Source: Bacillota bacterium (GTDB lineage: Bacteria; Bacillota; Clostridia; Christensenellales; DTU072). Taken from it: a stretch of DNA of 64,000 nt. Positions 38,252-48,337 of this stretch are shown here, piece after piece. The DNA is taken from contig JAEXAB010000004.1 in the NCBI GenBank assembly GCA_023394875.1, positions 135,108 through 199,107 of the forward strand. Reading direction: 5' to 3'. Every line of letters begins with the position of its first letter. The stretch's first letter is position 1. The position numbers and the translations under genes were made by a program. The notes under the pieces were generated by a model. It was not told the origin of the DNA and searched no databases. It saw nothing but the letters and a program-made list of their open reading frames with translations.

Positions 38252-39232
38252 ATGAAAAACTATACAAAAGCTATCGATATGATAAAAAATGCCGAAACTA
38301 TAGCTATTTTTATGCATGTAAATCCCGACGGCGATTGTATAGGAAGCGCGCTTGCTCTTTATGCTTTTTTAACGAAACTTAACAAAACGATACATTGTTT
38401 TAGCTCATCAACCGAAGAAAACGCAATTCCGCAAAAGCTTGCTTTCTTGCCGTATTCCGATGTTTTTAACAAAAATCAATTAAAAAGCTATGACCTTTGT
38501 ATAGGAGTGGACGTTGCCGACGGCAACAGATTGGGGGATACGCTTTTCAAAGTGTTTTTAACAGGAAAAAACACACTTGTATTTGACCACCACGAAGGCT
38601 ACATAGATTTTGCAAAACATACGGTAAGGGACGTAACTTCGGCTTCCACCACACAAATTCTTTATAGATTAATGTGTGAATATGACAAAAGCTTAATTGA
38701 TACTGATATTGCCACGTTGATTTATGCGGGTATTGTGACAGATTCGGGCTGTTTTAGTTTTAGCTCCACTTCCAAAGAAACACATCTTATTGCCGCAGAG
38801 CTTTTCGAATACGGAATAGATTACAGCGACATGAATTACCGTCTTTTGCGCGATATTCCTAAAGACGTGTTTAACTTAAAAATGCGGGTACTTTCCAAGG
38901 CGAAATTCTATGAAGACGGACAAATAGGAGTTATCGTATTCCGCACACAAGACTTTGAAGAAACAAACACCTACGAAAACAACACCGACGGAATAATAAA
39001 CAGCATAATGGATATTTCCAGCGTGGAAATTGCTATTTCCATAGCCGAAATAGGAGATAAGAAATATAAGGTAAGTTTCCGAACCAAAGACAAAGTAAAC
39101 GCGTCGGCATGCGCAAAAGCTTTCGGCGGCGGCGGTCACGCTCACGCTGCAGGGTGTCGGGTATACGGATATTTCGAAGACGCATATAACAAAGTAGTTG
39201 ACGTTGCTAAGGAAATGCTAAGCTATGCTTAA
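38252..39232 (+). CDS. nrnA: DHH/DHHA1 phosphoesterase (NrnA-type oligoribonuclease/pAp phosphatase)
   Basis: HVNPDGDCIGS, FDHH, and DTGCF-like (VTDSGCFSF) motifs, plus GGGGHAHAAG of the DHHA1 domain. Confidence 0.9.
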   Translation: MKNYTKAIDMIKNAETIAIFMHVNPDGDCIGSALALYAFLTKLNKTIHCFSSSTEENAIPQKLAFLPYSDVFNKNQLKSYDLCIGVDVADGNRLGDTLFKVFLTGKNTLVFDHHEGYIDFAKHTVRDVTSASTTQILYRLMCEYDKSLIDTDIATLIYAGIVTDSGCFSFSSTSKETHLIAAELFEYGIDYSDMNYRLLRDIPKDVFNLKMRVLSKAKFYEDGQIGVIVFRTQDFEETNTYENNTDGIINSIMDISSVEIAISIAEIGDKKYKVSFRTKDKVNASACAKAFGGGGHAHAAGCRVYGYFEDAYNKVVDVAKEMLSYA

Positions 39233-40091
39233 CGGTTTTATCAACCTTTACAAAGAGAGCGGTGTTTCTTCCAATAAAGCTCTTAGTATTATAAAAAGGC
39301 TGTTAAAAGAGAATAAAATAATTACTAAAGTCGGACATTTTGGAACACTTGACCCGCTTGCCGAAGGCGTATTGCCCATTGCTTTAGGCAGAGCTACAAG
39401 GCTTTTTGATTATACTTTAGCTAAAGAAAAGACCTATATAGCCACCTTTATTTTTGGCAAAGAAACCGACACGCTTGATATTACCGGCAAAATAACTTCC
39501 GAAGAAGAAGTGACGGTGACGACAAACGATATAAATAAAGTTATCGATAATTTTATTGGCGAAATAGACCAGATGCCTCCGCAGTTTAGCGCAAAATCGA
39601 TTAACGGCGTCAGAGCCTACAAGTTAGCAAGAAAGGGCATAGAAGTTAATCTGCAACCTAAAAAAATTACGATTTATGATATAAAATTACTTAAACAAGT
39701 AGAAAACAATGCTTTTGAGTTTAGTATAACTTGTAGCGGTGGTACTTATATCCGCAGTATCGTCAGAGATTTGGCAGCAAGATTGGGTACAATCGGCGTT
39801 ATGTCTAAACTAGTAAGAACAAAAAGCGGCAATTTCTCTATTGAAAATTCGGTCAAAGTACAAGATATTGACGATATTACTAAGTTTATTATGCCGATTA
39901 ACGTTTTTACCGATAATTTTGATAAAATATATCTGACTGATGAGCAAAAAACAAGTCTGATTAACGGGATTTTCCCGAAGTTATCGGGAATTACCGACAA
40001 ATATTATGCCGTATACGGCGATGACACACTAATGGGAATAGGAGAAAGCTGTAACAATGATTTGTTACGCCTAAAAACGTGGTTGCTATGA
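39225..40091 (+). CDS. truB: tRNA pseudouridine(55) synthase
   Basis: NGFINLYKESGVSS...GHFGTLDPLAEGVLPIALG catalytic-Asp motif. Confidence 0.96.
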   Translation: MLNGFINLYKESGVSSNKALSIIKRLLKENKIITKVGHFGTLDPLAEGVLPIALGRATRLFDYTLAKEKTYIATFIFGKETDTLDITGKITSEEEVTVTTNDINKVIDNFIGEIDQMPPQFSAKSINGVRAYKLARKGIEVNLQPKKITIYDIKLLKQVENNAFEFSITCSGGTYIRSIVRDLAARLGTIGVMSKLVRTKSGNFSIENSVKVQDIDDITKFIMPINVFTDNFDKIYLTDEQKTSLINGIFPKLSGITDKYYAVYGDDTLMGIGESCNNDLLRLKTWLL

Positions 40092-40966
40092 AAAATAACG
40101 TACTAGCATTGGGATTTTTTGATTCGGTACATATAGGTCACAGACTGCTTATTTCCACTGCCTTAGAATATGCAAGAAGAAACAATTGCAAACTTATCGC
40201 AGTGACTTTTGACGATAATTTTTTGAGCCAGCTAAAAAGAGATGCCAAAGAAATTTATCTTTTTGAAGAAAAGAGAGAAATTCTATTATCATTAGGCGTG
40301 GACTTAGTCATCAGCCTTCCTTCCGAAAAAAAGTTCTTTTCCCTATCCAAAGACAAGTTTTTGGATTATATTTATGATACTTATTGCCCAAAAGCCGTTG
40401 TTTTCGGCAGCGATTACCGTTTCGGAAGGAATGCCGAAGGGGATAATGAGTATATAAAAAGCTATCTTGCAAGCAAAAACGTAGAAACCATTACCGTTAA
40501 CTTATTGCAGGTTGCCCACAAAAAAGTGGCCTCTACCGATATTCGGAATTTGCTTATTGACGGTGATATTGTTACTGCCAACAAACTGCTTGGTCAGCCC
40601 TATTTTTTGAGCGGAAAGGTAGAACACGGGTTTGCCATAGGCAAAAAACTTAATTTTCCTACCGCAAATATTCATTTTGCCGAAAACAAATTAGTGCCGA
40701 AAAATGGTGTTTATGCGGTAAAAGTAGAGTTTGACAACAATTGTTTTATGGGACTATGCAATATTGGCGGTCGTCCGACGTTTAACACCGACATAATAAA
40801 AGCAGAAACATACATTTTAGATTTTGAGGGGGATTTATATGGCAAATTTATTAAGATATATTTGCTTGATTATCTTCGTGAAACAACAAAATTCCAAAAT
40901 CCGGAAGAATTGAAAGTTCAGATTACAAAAGATATTGCCAGATTAAAAGAGGTGTATTATGACTAA
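40088..40966 (+). CDS. ribF: bifunctional riboflavin kinase / FMN adenylyltransferase
   Basis: ALGFFDSVHIGH and the C-terminal kinase region GRPTFN...ETYILDF. ATG 40088 forms an ATGA overlap with the truB stop (the track start GTG 40079 is less likely). Confidence 0.94.
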   Translation: MKNNVLALGFFDSVHIGHRLLISTALEYARRNNCKLIAVTFDDNFLSQLKRDAKEIYLFEEKREILLSLGVDLVISLPSEKKFFSLSKDKFLDYIYDTYCPKAVVFGSDYRFGRNAEGDNEYIKSYLASKNVETITVNLLQVAHKKVASTDIRNLLIDGDIVTANKLLGQPYFLSGKVEHGFAIGKKLNFPTANIHFAENKLVPKNGVYAVKVEFDNNCFMGLCNIGGRPTFNTDIIKAETYILDFEGDLYGKFIKIYLLDYLRETTKFQNPEELKVQITKDIARLKEVYYD

Positions 40967-41810
40967 ATTCGGCGTGGCAGGCAACAGCAACAGTTTTTAC
41001 GAACAAGGATATATGTCTACCATAGAAGCGGCAAAGTGGTGCAAGGACAGAGGAATAGATATATTTGAATATTCCTTTGGGAAGGGCATTAATATGTCTG
41101 ACAAGACCGCCGAAGAAATAGGCAAAGCGTTTTGTGAAAATGGCGTAGAGATGTCCGTTCATGCACCGTATTATATCAATTTTGCCAATCCAGACCCGCT
41201 AATGATAGAAAAAAGTATCGATTACGTTATCCGCTCTTTGGCTAAAATTCAGGTACTTAACTGTGGCGACAGGGTTGTTGTTCACCCCGCGGCGCAAGGG
41301 AAGCAGGAAAGAGCAGCAGCCGTAAATCTTGCCAAAAATAATATCGGCTTATTGTCCGAAGTGATAAAAGAATATAACCTTAATAATTATAAGGTCTGTA
41401 TAGAAACTATGGGAAAATTAGGTCAGATAGGTACGGTGGAAGAAGTAACAGAGTTTGTTAATCTTGCGCCTTTCTTTTATCCTTGTATTGATTTCGGTCA
41501 CCTTAACGCCCGCACTTTCGGCAGTATAAAAACCGCCGCCGACTATGAAAGCATAATCCGCTATTTACTTGATAATATGGACGAATACAAGGTAAAAAAT
41601 ATGCACGTGCATTTCAGCAAAATTATGTACGGAAACAGCGGAGAAATCCGTCATCTTACCTTTGCCGATGAGGTTTACGGCCCCTACTTTTTGCCGCTAG
41701 CGGAGATTTTGCATAAATATTCTCTTAATCCTGTCATTGTCTGCGAATCTGACGGCACCCAAGCCGAAGATGCCGTTTCTATGAAAGAGATGTACAATAG
41801 CTTAAACTAG
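40959..41810 (+). CDS. endonuclease IV-like (AP endonuclease family 2) TIM-barrel protein
   Basis: By eye, Nfo-like metal-ligand blocks: SVHAPYYINFANPD, VVVHPAAQG, CIETMGK, CIDFGHLNAR, MHVHFSK, VCESDG. Function is not established. Confidence 0.6.
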   Translation: MTKFGVAGNSNSFYEQGYMSTIEAAKWCKDRGIDIFEYSFGKGINMSDKTAEEIGKAFCENGVEMSVHAPYYINFANPDPLMIEKSIDYVIRSLAKIQVLNCGDRVVVHPAAQGKQERAAAVNLAKNNIGLLSEVIKEYNLNNYKVCIETMGKLGQIGTVEEVTEFVNLAPFFYPCIDFGHLNARTFGSIKTAADYESIIRYLLDNMDEYKVKNMHVHFSKIMYGNSGEIRHLTFADEVYGPYFLPLAEILHKYSLNPVIVCESDGTQAEDAVSMKEMYNSLN

Positions 41811-41843
41811 CACGTTTTTTTCTATTCCGCATATAATATACCG

Positions 41844-42488
41844 ATGCGGAAATTAACCAAGAAAAGAAAATTTTTTATTGTTCTTTTGATCCTCATTATA
41901 CTGATAACGGTATATTTTTTCGGCGTTGTATTGGATCTTATTAACAGATTATGCGCCGAAGAAGCCAGAGCCAAAGTTATTAATTACGTCAACGAATCAA
42001 ACGATATTCTTATGTCACGGAGTTTTTTTTATCAGGATTATTTCAAAATTGTAAGAAACGACCAAAACGAAATCACTACAATTATGGCAAATACCGGTCT
42101 TATTAACCAACTAAACATGATTATGCAGACCGAAATACAGAATAAATTAAATACCCTAAGGTCTTTTCGGGTATCTTTGCCCATAGGCGCATTTACCGGC
42201 AGCACGCTGTTTGCTCAATTTGGTTTTAACGTCCATTTGAAAGTTCAGACGGTAAATAACTGTCATACCGAAGTTATTTCTGAGTTTACATCGGTTGGGA
42301 TAAACCATACCATACACCGCCTGATTATTAGAGCCGTTATTGAACTAGAAATTCTTATCCCTACGAAATCCTATACCGACACGGTAATAAACGACGTAAT
42401 AATGGCGGAAACTTTGATTGTAGGTAAAGTGCCCGACACTTATATCGGCGGTAATTTCGACACCAATTATTTGGATTTAGTGCCATAA
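41844..42488 (+). CDS. yunB: sporulation protein YunB
   Basis: N-terminal TM anchor; SLPIGAFTGSTLFAQFG...VGINHTIHRLIIRAVIELEILIP...VGKVPDTYIGG parallels the B. subtilis YunB core. Confidence 0.8.
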   Translation: MRKLTKKRKFFIVLLILIILITVYFFGVVLDLINRLCAEEARAKVINYVNESNDILMSRSFFYQDYFKIVRNDQNEITTIMANTGLINQLNMIMQTEIQNKLNTLRSFRVSLPIGAFTGSTLFAQFGFNVHLKVQTVNNCHTEVISEFTSVGINHTIHRLIIRAVIELEILIPTKSYTDTVINDVIMAETLIVGKVPDTYIGGNFDTNYLDLVP

Positions 42489-42513
42489 AATCCCTTAGAT
42501 TATCGTTTAATTC

Positions 42514-42542
42514 TTGCCTATTGCCCATAATAATGATATAAT
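42514..42542 (+). promoter_or_regulatory. sigma-A-type promoter TTGCCT-17-TATAAT for pheST
   Basis: TTGCCT at 42514-42519, 17-nt spacer, TATAAT at 42537-42542; a leader of about 30 nt with SD AGGAGC precedes ATG 42579. Confidence 0.6.
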
Positions 42543-42578
42543 TATTCAAGTTTATATTATTTAGGAGCGTAAGCTGAT

Positions 42579-43598
42579 ATGTTGGATAGGATAAAAAGCA
42601 TTTCCGATGCCGTTACTGAGAAACTATCTCTGGTAACCAGCACTTCGGAATTGAATGATTTGAAAGTAAGATACCTTGGTAAAAATGGAGAGATAACCGC
42701 GCTATTGAAAGGTCTAAAGGATTTTAGCCCAGAAGATAGACCTGTTATGGGTAATCATATAAACTCTTTACGCCAAAAGGCGGAAGCGCAATTTACCGAA
42801 AAGGAAAGTTTCCTTGCTAAAAAAGAAAAAGAGGAGAGACTAAAAGCCGAAGAAATCGATATAACGCTTTCCAAACCAGATTTGTCGGTAGGCGGCTTAC
42901 ATCCTCTAACGCTAGCAAAAAACGAACTTATTAACGCTTTTATCGGTTTGGGCTTTGAAATAAAAGAAGGTCCCGAAGTGGAGCTTGATTTTTATAATTT
43001 TGAACAATTAAATCTCCCCAAAGACCATCCGGCAAGAGACGCGCAGGATACTTTCTATATTAACGACAATATTCTGCTAAGAACCCAAACTTCTTCGGTG
43101 CAAGCAAGAACTATGGAAAATGAAAAACCGCCTATAAGGATTATTTGTCCGGGTAAGGTTTACCGCGCCGACGACGACGCTACCCATTCTCCCATGTTCC
43201 AACAGCTTGAAGGGCTTGTTGTTGACAAAGGTATCAATATTTGCGATCTTAAAGGCTGTCTTGACGATTTTGCAAAGACTTTCTTCGGAGAGGAGACAAG
43301 AACACGTCTTCGTCCGTCGTTTTTCCCGTTTACCGAACCAAGTGTAGAATTAGACGTCAGTTGCTTTATGTGTAAAGGCAAGGGTTGCCGTCTTTGCAAA
43401 GGCACAGGCTGGATAGAAGTTTTGGGTGCGGGCATTGTTAACCCCATAGTTTTACAAAACTGCGGTATTGATCCTAATATCTATTCTGGTTTTGCCTTCG
43501 GAATCGGTATAGAGCGTTGCGCCATGTTAAAATACGGCATACCCGACATGCGCATCTTGTTTGAAAATGACGTTCGTTATCTCAAACAATACAGATAA
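42579..43598 (+). CDS. pheS: phenylalanine--tRNA ligase alpha subunit
   Basis: HPLT...FYNFEQLNLPKDHPARD...RTQTSSVQ...FFPFTEPS...GAGIVNP class II motifs. Confidence 0.98.
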   Translation: MLDRIKSISDAVTEKLSLVTSTSELNDLKVRYLGKNGEITALLKGLKDFSPEDRPVMGNHINSLRQKAEAQFTEKESFLAKKEKEERLKAEEIDITLSKPDLSVGGLHPLTLAKNELINAFIGLGFEIKEGPEVELDFYNFEQLNLPKDHPARDAQDTFYINDNILLRTQTSSVQARTMENEKPPIRIICPGKVYRADDDATHSPMFQQLEGLVVDKGINICDLKGCLDDFAKTFFGEETRTRLRPSFFPFTEPSVELDVSCFMCKGKGCRLCKGTGWIEVLGAGIVNPIVLQNCGIDPNIYSGFAFGIGIERCAMLKYGIPDMRILFENDVRYLKQYR

Positions 43599-43612
43599 TA
43601 GGAGGAAAAACC

Positions 43613-45991
43613 ATGAAAGTACCGTATAGTTGGCTAAAAGACTTCGTTGACATAACAATTACTCCTGAGGAACTAGGCGAAAAGCTGGTTTCTGCGGGTT
43701 TTGAAATAGAAGAAATAATCTATAATCGCGACGCTATAAAAAACGTCGTTACCGGCAAAATTCTTAGCGTTACTAAACATACAAACAGCGACCATTTAAG
43801 CGTTTGCAGTATTGATATAGGTAAAGATAAACCTTTGCAGATAGTAACGGGGGCTAGTAACGTAAAAGCAGGGGATATTGTTCCGGTAGCTCTTGATAAT
43901 TCCATATTACCTAGCGGAAAGAAGATTTTTGCGGGAGAATTGCGCGGAGTACTAAGCGAAGGTATGCTTTGTTCGGGCGGTGAGTTGGAAATAACCGAAG
44001 ACGATTTTGTAGGCGCAGGAGTTAACGGAATTTGGATTTTACCTACCAATACCGCTATTGGCGTCGATATTAACGATATTATCGGTAATAACGAAGTAAT
44101 TTTAGACGTTGCCATAACTGCAAACAGACCCGATTGCAATAGCATTTTCGGTATAGCCAGAGAGGTTTCCGCCGTTCTGAAACTACCTTTGAAAGCTCCT
44201 GATTTTTCTTATTCGGAAAATAAAGAGTCCATAAAAAATTACGTTTCCATAGAAAACAAAAATTATTCTTTATGCCCTAGATATTTAGGTAAAGCCGTAA
44301 GAAACATCAAAATTGAGAAGTCTCCGAAAATAATCAGAGACAGACTGCGCGCGGTAGGGATTAGAGCTATTAATAATTACGTTGACATAACTAATTACGT
44401 GCTTATAGAAATCGGTCAGCCCATGCACGCTTTTGACCTGGACACCTTAGACGGTAAAAAAATTGTTATAAGAAACGCTAACGAAGGCGAAAAAATTCTT
44501 GCGTTGGACGGCAAAGAATATTCCTTAAACGCCAATATGCTGGCTATCTGCGATAATAATAAACCTGTAGCAATTGCAGGCGTTATGGGCGGGGAAGAGT
44601 GTTCTATAAACGATAACACCAAAAACGTGGTACTAGAAAGCGCAAGATTTGCCCGCGACAGCGTCAGACATACTTCAAGAGACCTTAATCTCCATAGCGA
44701 TTCTTCCACTAGATTTGAAAAAGGCATTGATTTTTATTCTCAGGAAGCAGGCTTAAAAAGAGCTTTGGCTTTGCTTTATAAATACAATTGGGGAGAAATA
44801 GTAGGCGGAGAAATCGATATAATTAAAGAAAAACCTACTAAACGCTGCCTTACCTATAATTATCAGGAAATAAATAAGATAATCGGGGTAGAAATCGATA
44901 AAAACTCCATTATAAATATCCTTAACAGCCTTACTTTGGATACAACGACAGATGGCGATATCTTAACGACGTTTGTTCCCGACTACCGCGAAGATATTTA
45001 CGGAATTAACGACCTTACCGAAGAAGTAATCAGAATTTACGGCTATAACGTGGTTGTGCCAAGGCTTGTAAGCAACAAAAAAGGCGGTAAAACCGACGTT
45101 CAACTAAGAATGGACAAGTTAAAGAACATTCTGACAGCTAAGGGCGCGTTTGAGATATATTCTTATTCCTTTGTTCCGCCAAAAGCCTTTGATATGCTTA
45201 ATCTAAGTGAGGTTAGCGACCTAAGAAAAGCTATTGCTTTGAAAAATCCGCTCAGCGTGGATATAAGCATTATGAGGACAACGCTCAGTTACAGTATGCT
45301 AAAAATTATGTCAAGTAACTACGCGCGCGGTAACAAGAATTTCCGTTTATTCGAAATTGCCAATATTTACGAACCGAAGAAACTTCCTTTAGAAGATCTT
45401 CCCTATGAACATACTATGCTTTCTATTGGTCTAATCGGCGATGAAGATTTCTATAAATTAAAGGCTATAGTAGAAGATATATTAAACGTACTAGGACTAA
45501 AAGCCGGCTACCAAAGGACAAATATCAGTTATTTGCATCCCGGCCGCGCCGCTTCGGTAATTTGCAATGACGTATGCATCGGATATATCGGCGAAGTTCA
45601 CGTTGACGTTGCTAACAATTTTGACGTTGACAAAAATATGTATATTGCCGAACTTGACGCCGAATTTTTGGTTAAAAACGGCATAGATATCAAGCCTTAT
45701 AAGGCAGTAAGTAAATATCAGGCGGTAGAAAGAGACCTTGCGTTAATTGCTCCTCTTGAGATGCCTGCGCAAACAATTCTTGACACCGTAAACGCCGCAG
45801 CTTCCAACATTTTGGAAAGTTCCGAAGTCTTTGACGTCTATACCGGCGGACAAGTTCCCAAGGACAAAAAAAGCGTTGCAATAAAGATAATTTTCAGAGA
45901 TTTTGAAAAAACTTTGAAGGATTCCGACGTCAATGCCGAAATAGAAAAAATTCTCGGCGCGTTAGAAAAAATTTATGTCTTTTTACGATAA
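43613..45991 (+). CDS. pheT: phenylalanine--tRNA ligase beta subunit
   Basis: MKVPYSWLKDFVD N-terminus, tRNA-binding OB, B3/4, B5 and FDX-ACB domain order; SD AGGAGGA. Confidence 0.98.
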   Translation: MKVPYSWLKDFVDITITPEELGEKLVSAGFEIEEIIYNRDAIKNVVTGKILSVTKHTNSDHLSVCSIDIGKDKPLQIVTGASNVKAGDIVPVALDNSILPSGKKIFAGELRGVLSEGMLCSGGELEITEDDFVGAGVNGIWILPTNTAIGVDINDIIGNNEVILDVAITANRPDCNSIFGIAREVSAVLKLPLKAPDFSYSENKESIKNYVSIENKNYSLCPRYLGKAVRNIKIEKSPKIIRDRLRAVGIRAINNYVDITNYVLIEIGQPMHAFDLDTLDGKKIVIRNANEGEKILALDGKEYSLNANMLAICDNNKPVAIAGVMGGEECSINDNTKNVVLESARFARDSVRHTSRDLNLHSDSSTRFEKGIDFYSQEAGLKRALALLYKYNWGEIVGGEIDIIKEKPTKRCLTYNYQEINKIIGVEIDKNSIINILNSLTLDTTTDGDILTTFVPDYREDIYGINDLTEEVIRIYGYNVVVPRLVSNKKGGKTDVQLRMDKLKNILTAKGAFEIYSYSFVPPKAFDMLNLSEVSDLRKAIALKNPLSVDISIMRTTLSYSMLKIMSSNYARGNKNFRLFEIANIYEPKKLPLEDLPYEHTMLSIGLIGDEDFYKLKAIVEDILNVLGLKAGYQRTNISYLHPGRAASVICNDVCIGYIGEVHVDVANNFDVDKNMYIAELDAEFLVKNGIDIKPYKAVSKYQAVERDLALIAPLEMPAQTILDTVNAAASNILESSEVFDVYTGGQVPKDKKSVAIKIIFRDFEKTLKDSDVNAEIEKILGALEKIYVFLR

Positions 45992-48335
45992 TATCGGAAA
46001 AATTAAATATTCGGACAAGCATTCCACTTTCGATTCCAGTCTGATAAGTTATACCAACTGGAGAAAACTGGGAGAGCTTGCTCCGATTTATTATCCCGAA
46101 TATTACAAAATGGAAATTCTTTCTCCCTGCTCAAAAGATTCTTATAAAGCAGCAGTATATAACGGCGCCGACGCCGTTTATTTTGGTTATAAAGAGTTAA
46201 ATGCCAGAGCCAATGGCGACAACTTCGAAAAAATAAAAGAAATAGTGGATTTTTGCCATTTATTCGGCGTAAAAGCCTATCTAGCGCTCAATATCTCTTT
46301 CAAATCTAATGAACTTGATAGAGTAAAAGCTATTATTATCGAAGCCGAAAACGCGTTTATAGACGCTTTTATTATTTGCGATTTAGCTATTCTTCCCATA
46401 ATTCGTAAATTATCTAAAGCCGAAGTCCACGCAAGCACGCAAATGGGCGCGCATAATCATAAAAGCGTGGAGTTTTTAGTCAATTTAGGCTTCGACAGGG
46501 TAGTTTTATCCAGGGAAGCTACTTTAGAAGAAATCAAAGGTATAAAAGATAAAAAACTACCTATCGCTTTGGAAGTATTCTGCCACGGTGCATTATGCGT
46601 GGCTTTTTCGGGAGCATGCCTATTTTCTTCCATGTTGACGGGGAATAGTGGTAACAGGGGACGCTGCAATCAGTTTTGCCGCAACTACTATCGATGTTTT
46701 ATCGACGGGAACCAAGCAAATGAAGGATATTTATTGAGCGCAAAGGATATTTGCGCAATTGATAGTCTGCAAAAACTGTACGAAATGCAGGTTGATTCCT
46801 TAAAAATCGAAGGAAGACTGCGCCGAAGTGAGTACGTTGCCGCAACAGCAAATTGCTATTCCAAGCTAAAAACCGGTGATGAGTGCGAAGAAAAAGATTT
46901 CGATATTTTGAAAAAAATGTTCAACCGCGGTAATTTTACTAACGGATATTTTGACAATAATAATGTAATTTATCCTTACGTTGCCTCTCATATAGGCTCA
47001 AAATGCGGTAAAATTAAAAAAATACTTTCAAAAAGACTTGTTTTAGCGGAAACTACCGTTCCTATAAATAAAGACGACGGCTTTAAGATAATCAGAAACA
47101 ACAAAGAAATATGCGGTGGGGTGGCAACCGGAGAATATAAGGATAACGGCTACGTGTTGTTCCTGGATTCCGAAGGCGCGCAAATTGATGACGAAATTAA
47201 TATTACCACCGATACCGAACTAAATAAGTCGTTGTTGGAAATTAGGAAAAAACTAACCATAGAAGTTGCTATAAGCTTGTTGCCCGAAGAAAATATAAAA
47301 GTTCTGGCGCATTGTAAAAGCGTATACGTGGAATTTAGCGGAGAAAAACTTAGTTCTTCCGATGCCCTGACTATTGATAAAAAAGATATAATATCGCAGT
47401 TTTCTAAGACAAAAGATACCGATTTTGATATAAAATTAGTTCACGCAAATATCGGCAACGTCTATATCTCAAAAGCCGGATTAAACCAATTGCGGAGAGA
47501 AATTATAGAAAAAATAACATTAGCTATACTTTCTAACTATAAAAGGACAACGCCGAAGAAATATATTCCGCCGAAAAATACCGAATTTTTTATAGAAGGG
47601 GATTTTGCCGAAATATCCGATATTAAATTTTTAACCGAAAAATTGAAAAACGAAATTAAGAATATCATATATTCTCCCACCGAATTTACTTTGGAATTAT
47701 GTAAAAAATTCTATAATGAAGCCAAAACAAGCGATAATTTAATTTTCATAAAGCCGCCTGTTTTTGTGCCCCATAAAAGTATGGATTTTCTCAAAGAATT
47801 GATTGATATTTTTGACGGAGTTGTGGCAAATAACCTAACCGGCTTGCAAATTGCTAAGGATTTGGGGAAATTTGCTGTGGCAGGGTATAATCTCAATATC
47901 ACAAACGATAAAAATCTGCTTATAAAAACCAGTCATCAATATATAATTTCTCCCGAATTGAACGCCAAAGAAATTCGATCTATGCCAAAAGGACTTATAT
48001 ACGGTTACGGATATTTGCCGCTTATGTATCTTAACCATTGTCCATATAAGCTTAGCAAAGTAAAATGCGGCGACTGTGGTAAGAATATAGTCTATAAGGA
48101 CGCAAAAGGGGAATATCCGATTACTTCTATAAAAATGGACAGATATTGCCAACACGTACTAAAAAACGGCGTTTTGACCGATTTGGGCAGCGAATTAAAA
48201 AATTATTGCAGATACTTCGATTTTTGCCATTCTACTAAGGAAGAAATGGAAAAAGTGTTGTATAATTATAAAAACAACGTTACTTTGGAAAATAAAACTA
48301 GCAACAAACTCCATTTGAGTAGAGGTGTGAAATAA
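45975..48335 (+). CDS. peptidase U32-family protein (long form)
   Basis: MEILSPCSKDSYKAAVYNGADAVYFG core and the E-x-F-x-H-G-A-L-C signature (EVFCHGALCVAFSGACLFS). The start is uncertain: ATG 45975 overlaps pheT by 17 nt and adds 45 atypical residues, while ATG 46110 would give the usual U32 N-terminus. Neither has a clear SD. Confidence 0.85.
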   Translation: MSFYDNIGKIKYSDKHSTFDSSLISYTNWRKLGELAPIYYPEYYKMEILSPCSKDSYKAAVYNGADAVYFGYKELNARANGDNFEKIKEIVDFCHLFGVKAYLALNISFKSNELDRVKAIIIEAENAFIDAFIICDLAILPIIRKLSKAEVHASTQMGAHNHKSVEFLVNLGFDRVVLSREATLEEIKGIKDKKLPIALEVFCHGALCVAFSGACLFSSMLTGNSGNRGRCNQFCRNYYRCFIDGNQANEGYLLSAKDICAIDSLQKLYEMQVDSLKIEGRLRRSEYVAATANCYSKLKTGDECEEKDFDILKKMFNRGNFTNGYFDNNNVIYPYVASHIGSKCGKIKKILSKRLVLAETTVPINKDDGFKIIRNNKEICGGVATGEYKDNGYVLFLDSEGAQIDDEINITTDTELNKSLLEIRKKLTIEVAISLLPEENIKVLAHCKSVYVEFSGEKLSSSDALTIDKKDIISQFSKTKDTDFDIKLVHANIGNVYISKAGLNQLRREIIEKITLAILSNYKRTTPKKYIPPKNTEFFIEGDFAEISDIKFLTEKLKNEIKNIIYSPTEFTLELCKKFYNEAKTSDNLIFIKPPVFVPHKSMDFLKELIDIFDGVVANNLTGLQIAKDLGKFAVAGYNLNITNDKNLLIKTSHQYIISPELNAKEIRSMPKGLIYGYGYLPLMYLNHCPYKLSKVKCGDCGKNIVYKDAKGEYPITSIKMDRYCQHVLKNGVLTDLGSELKNYCRYFDFCHSTKEEMEKVLYNYKNNVTLENKTSNKLHLSRGVK

Positions 48336-48337
48336 CA

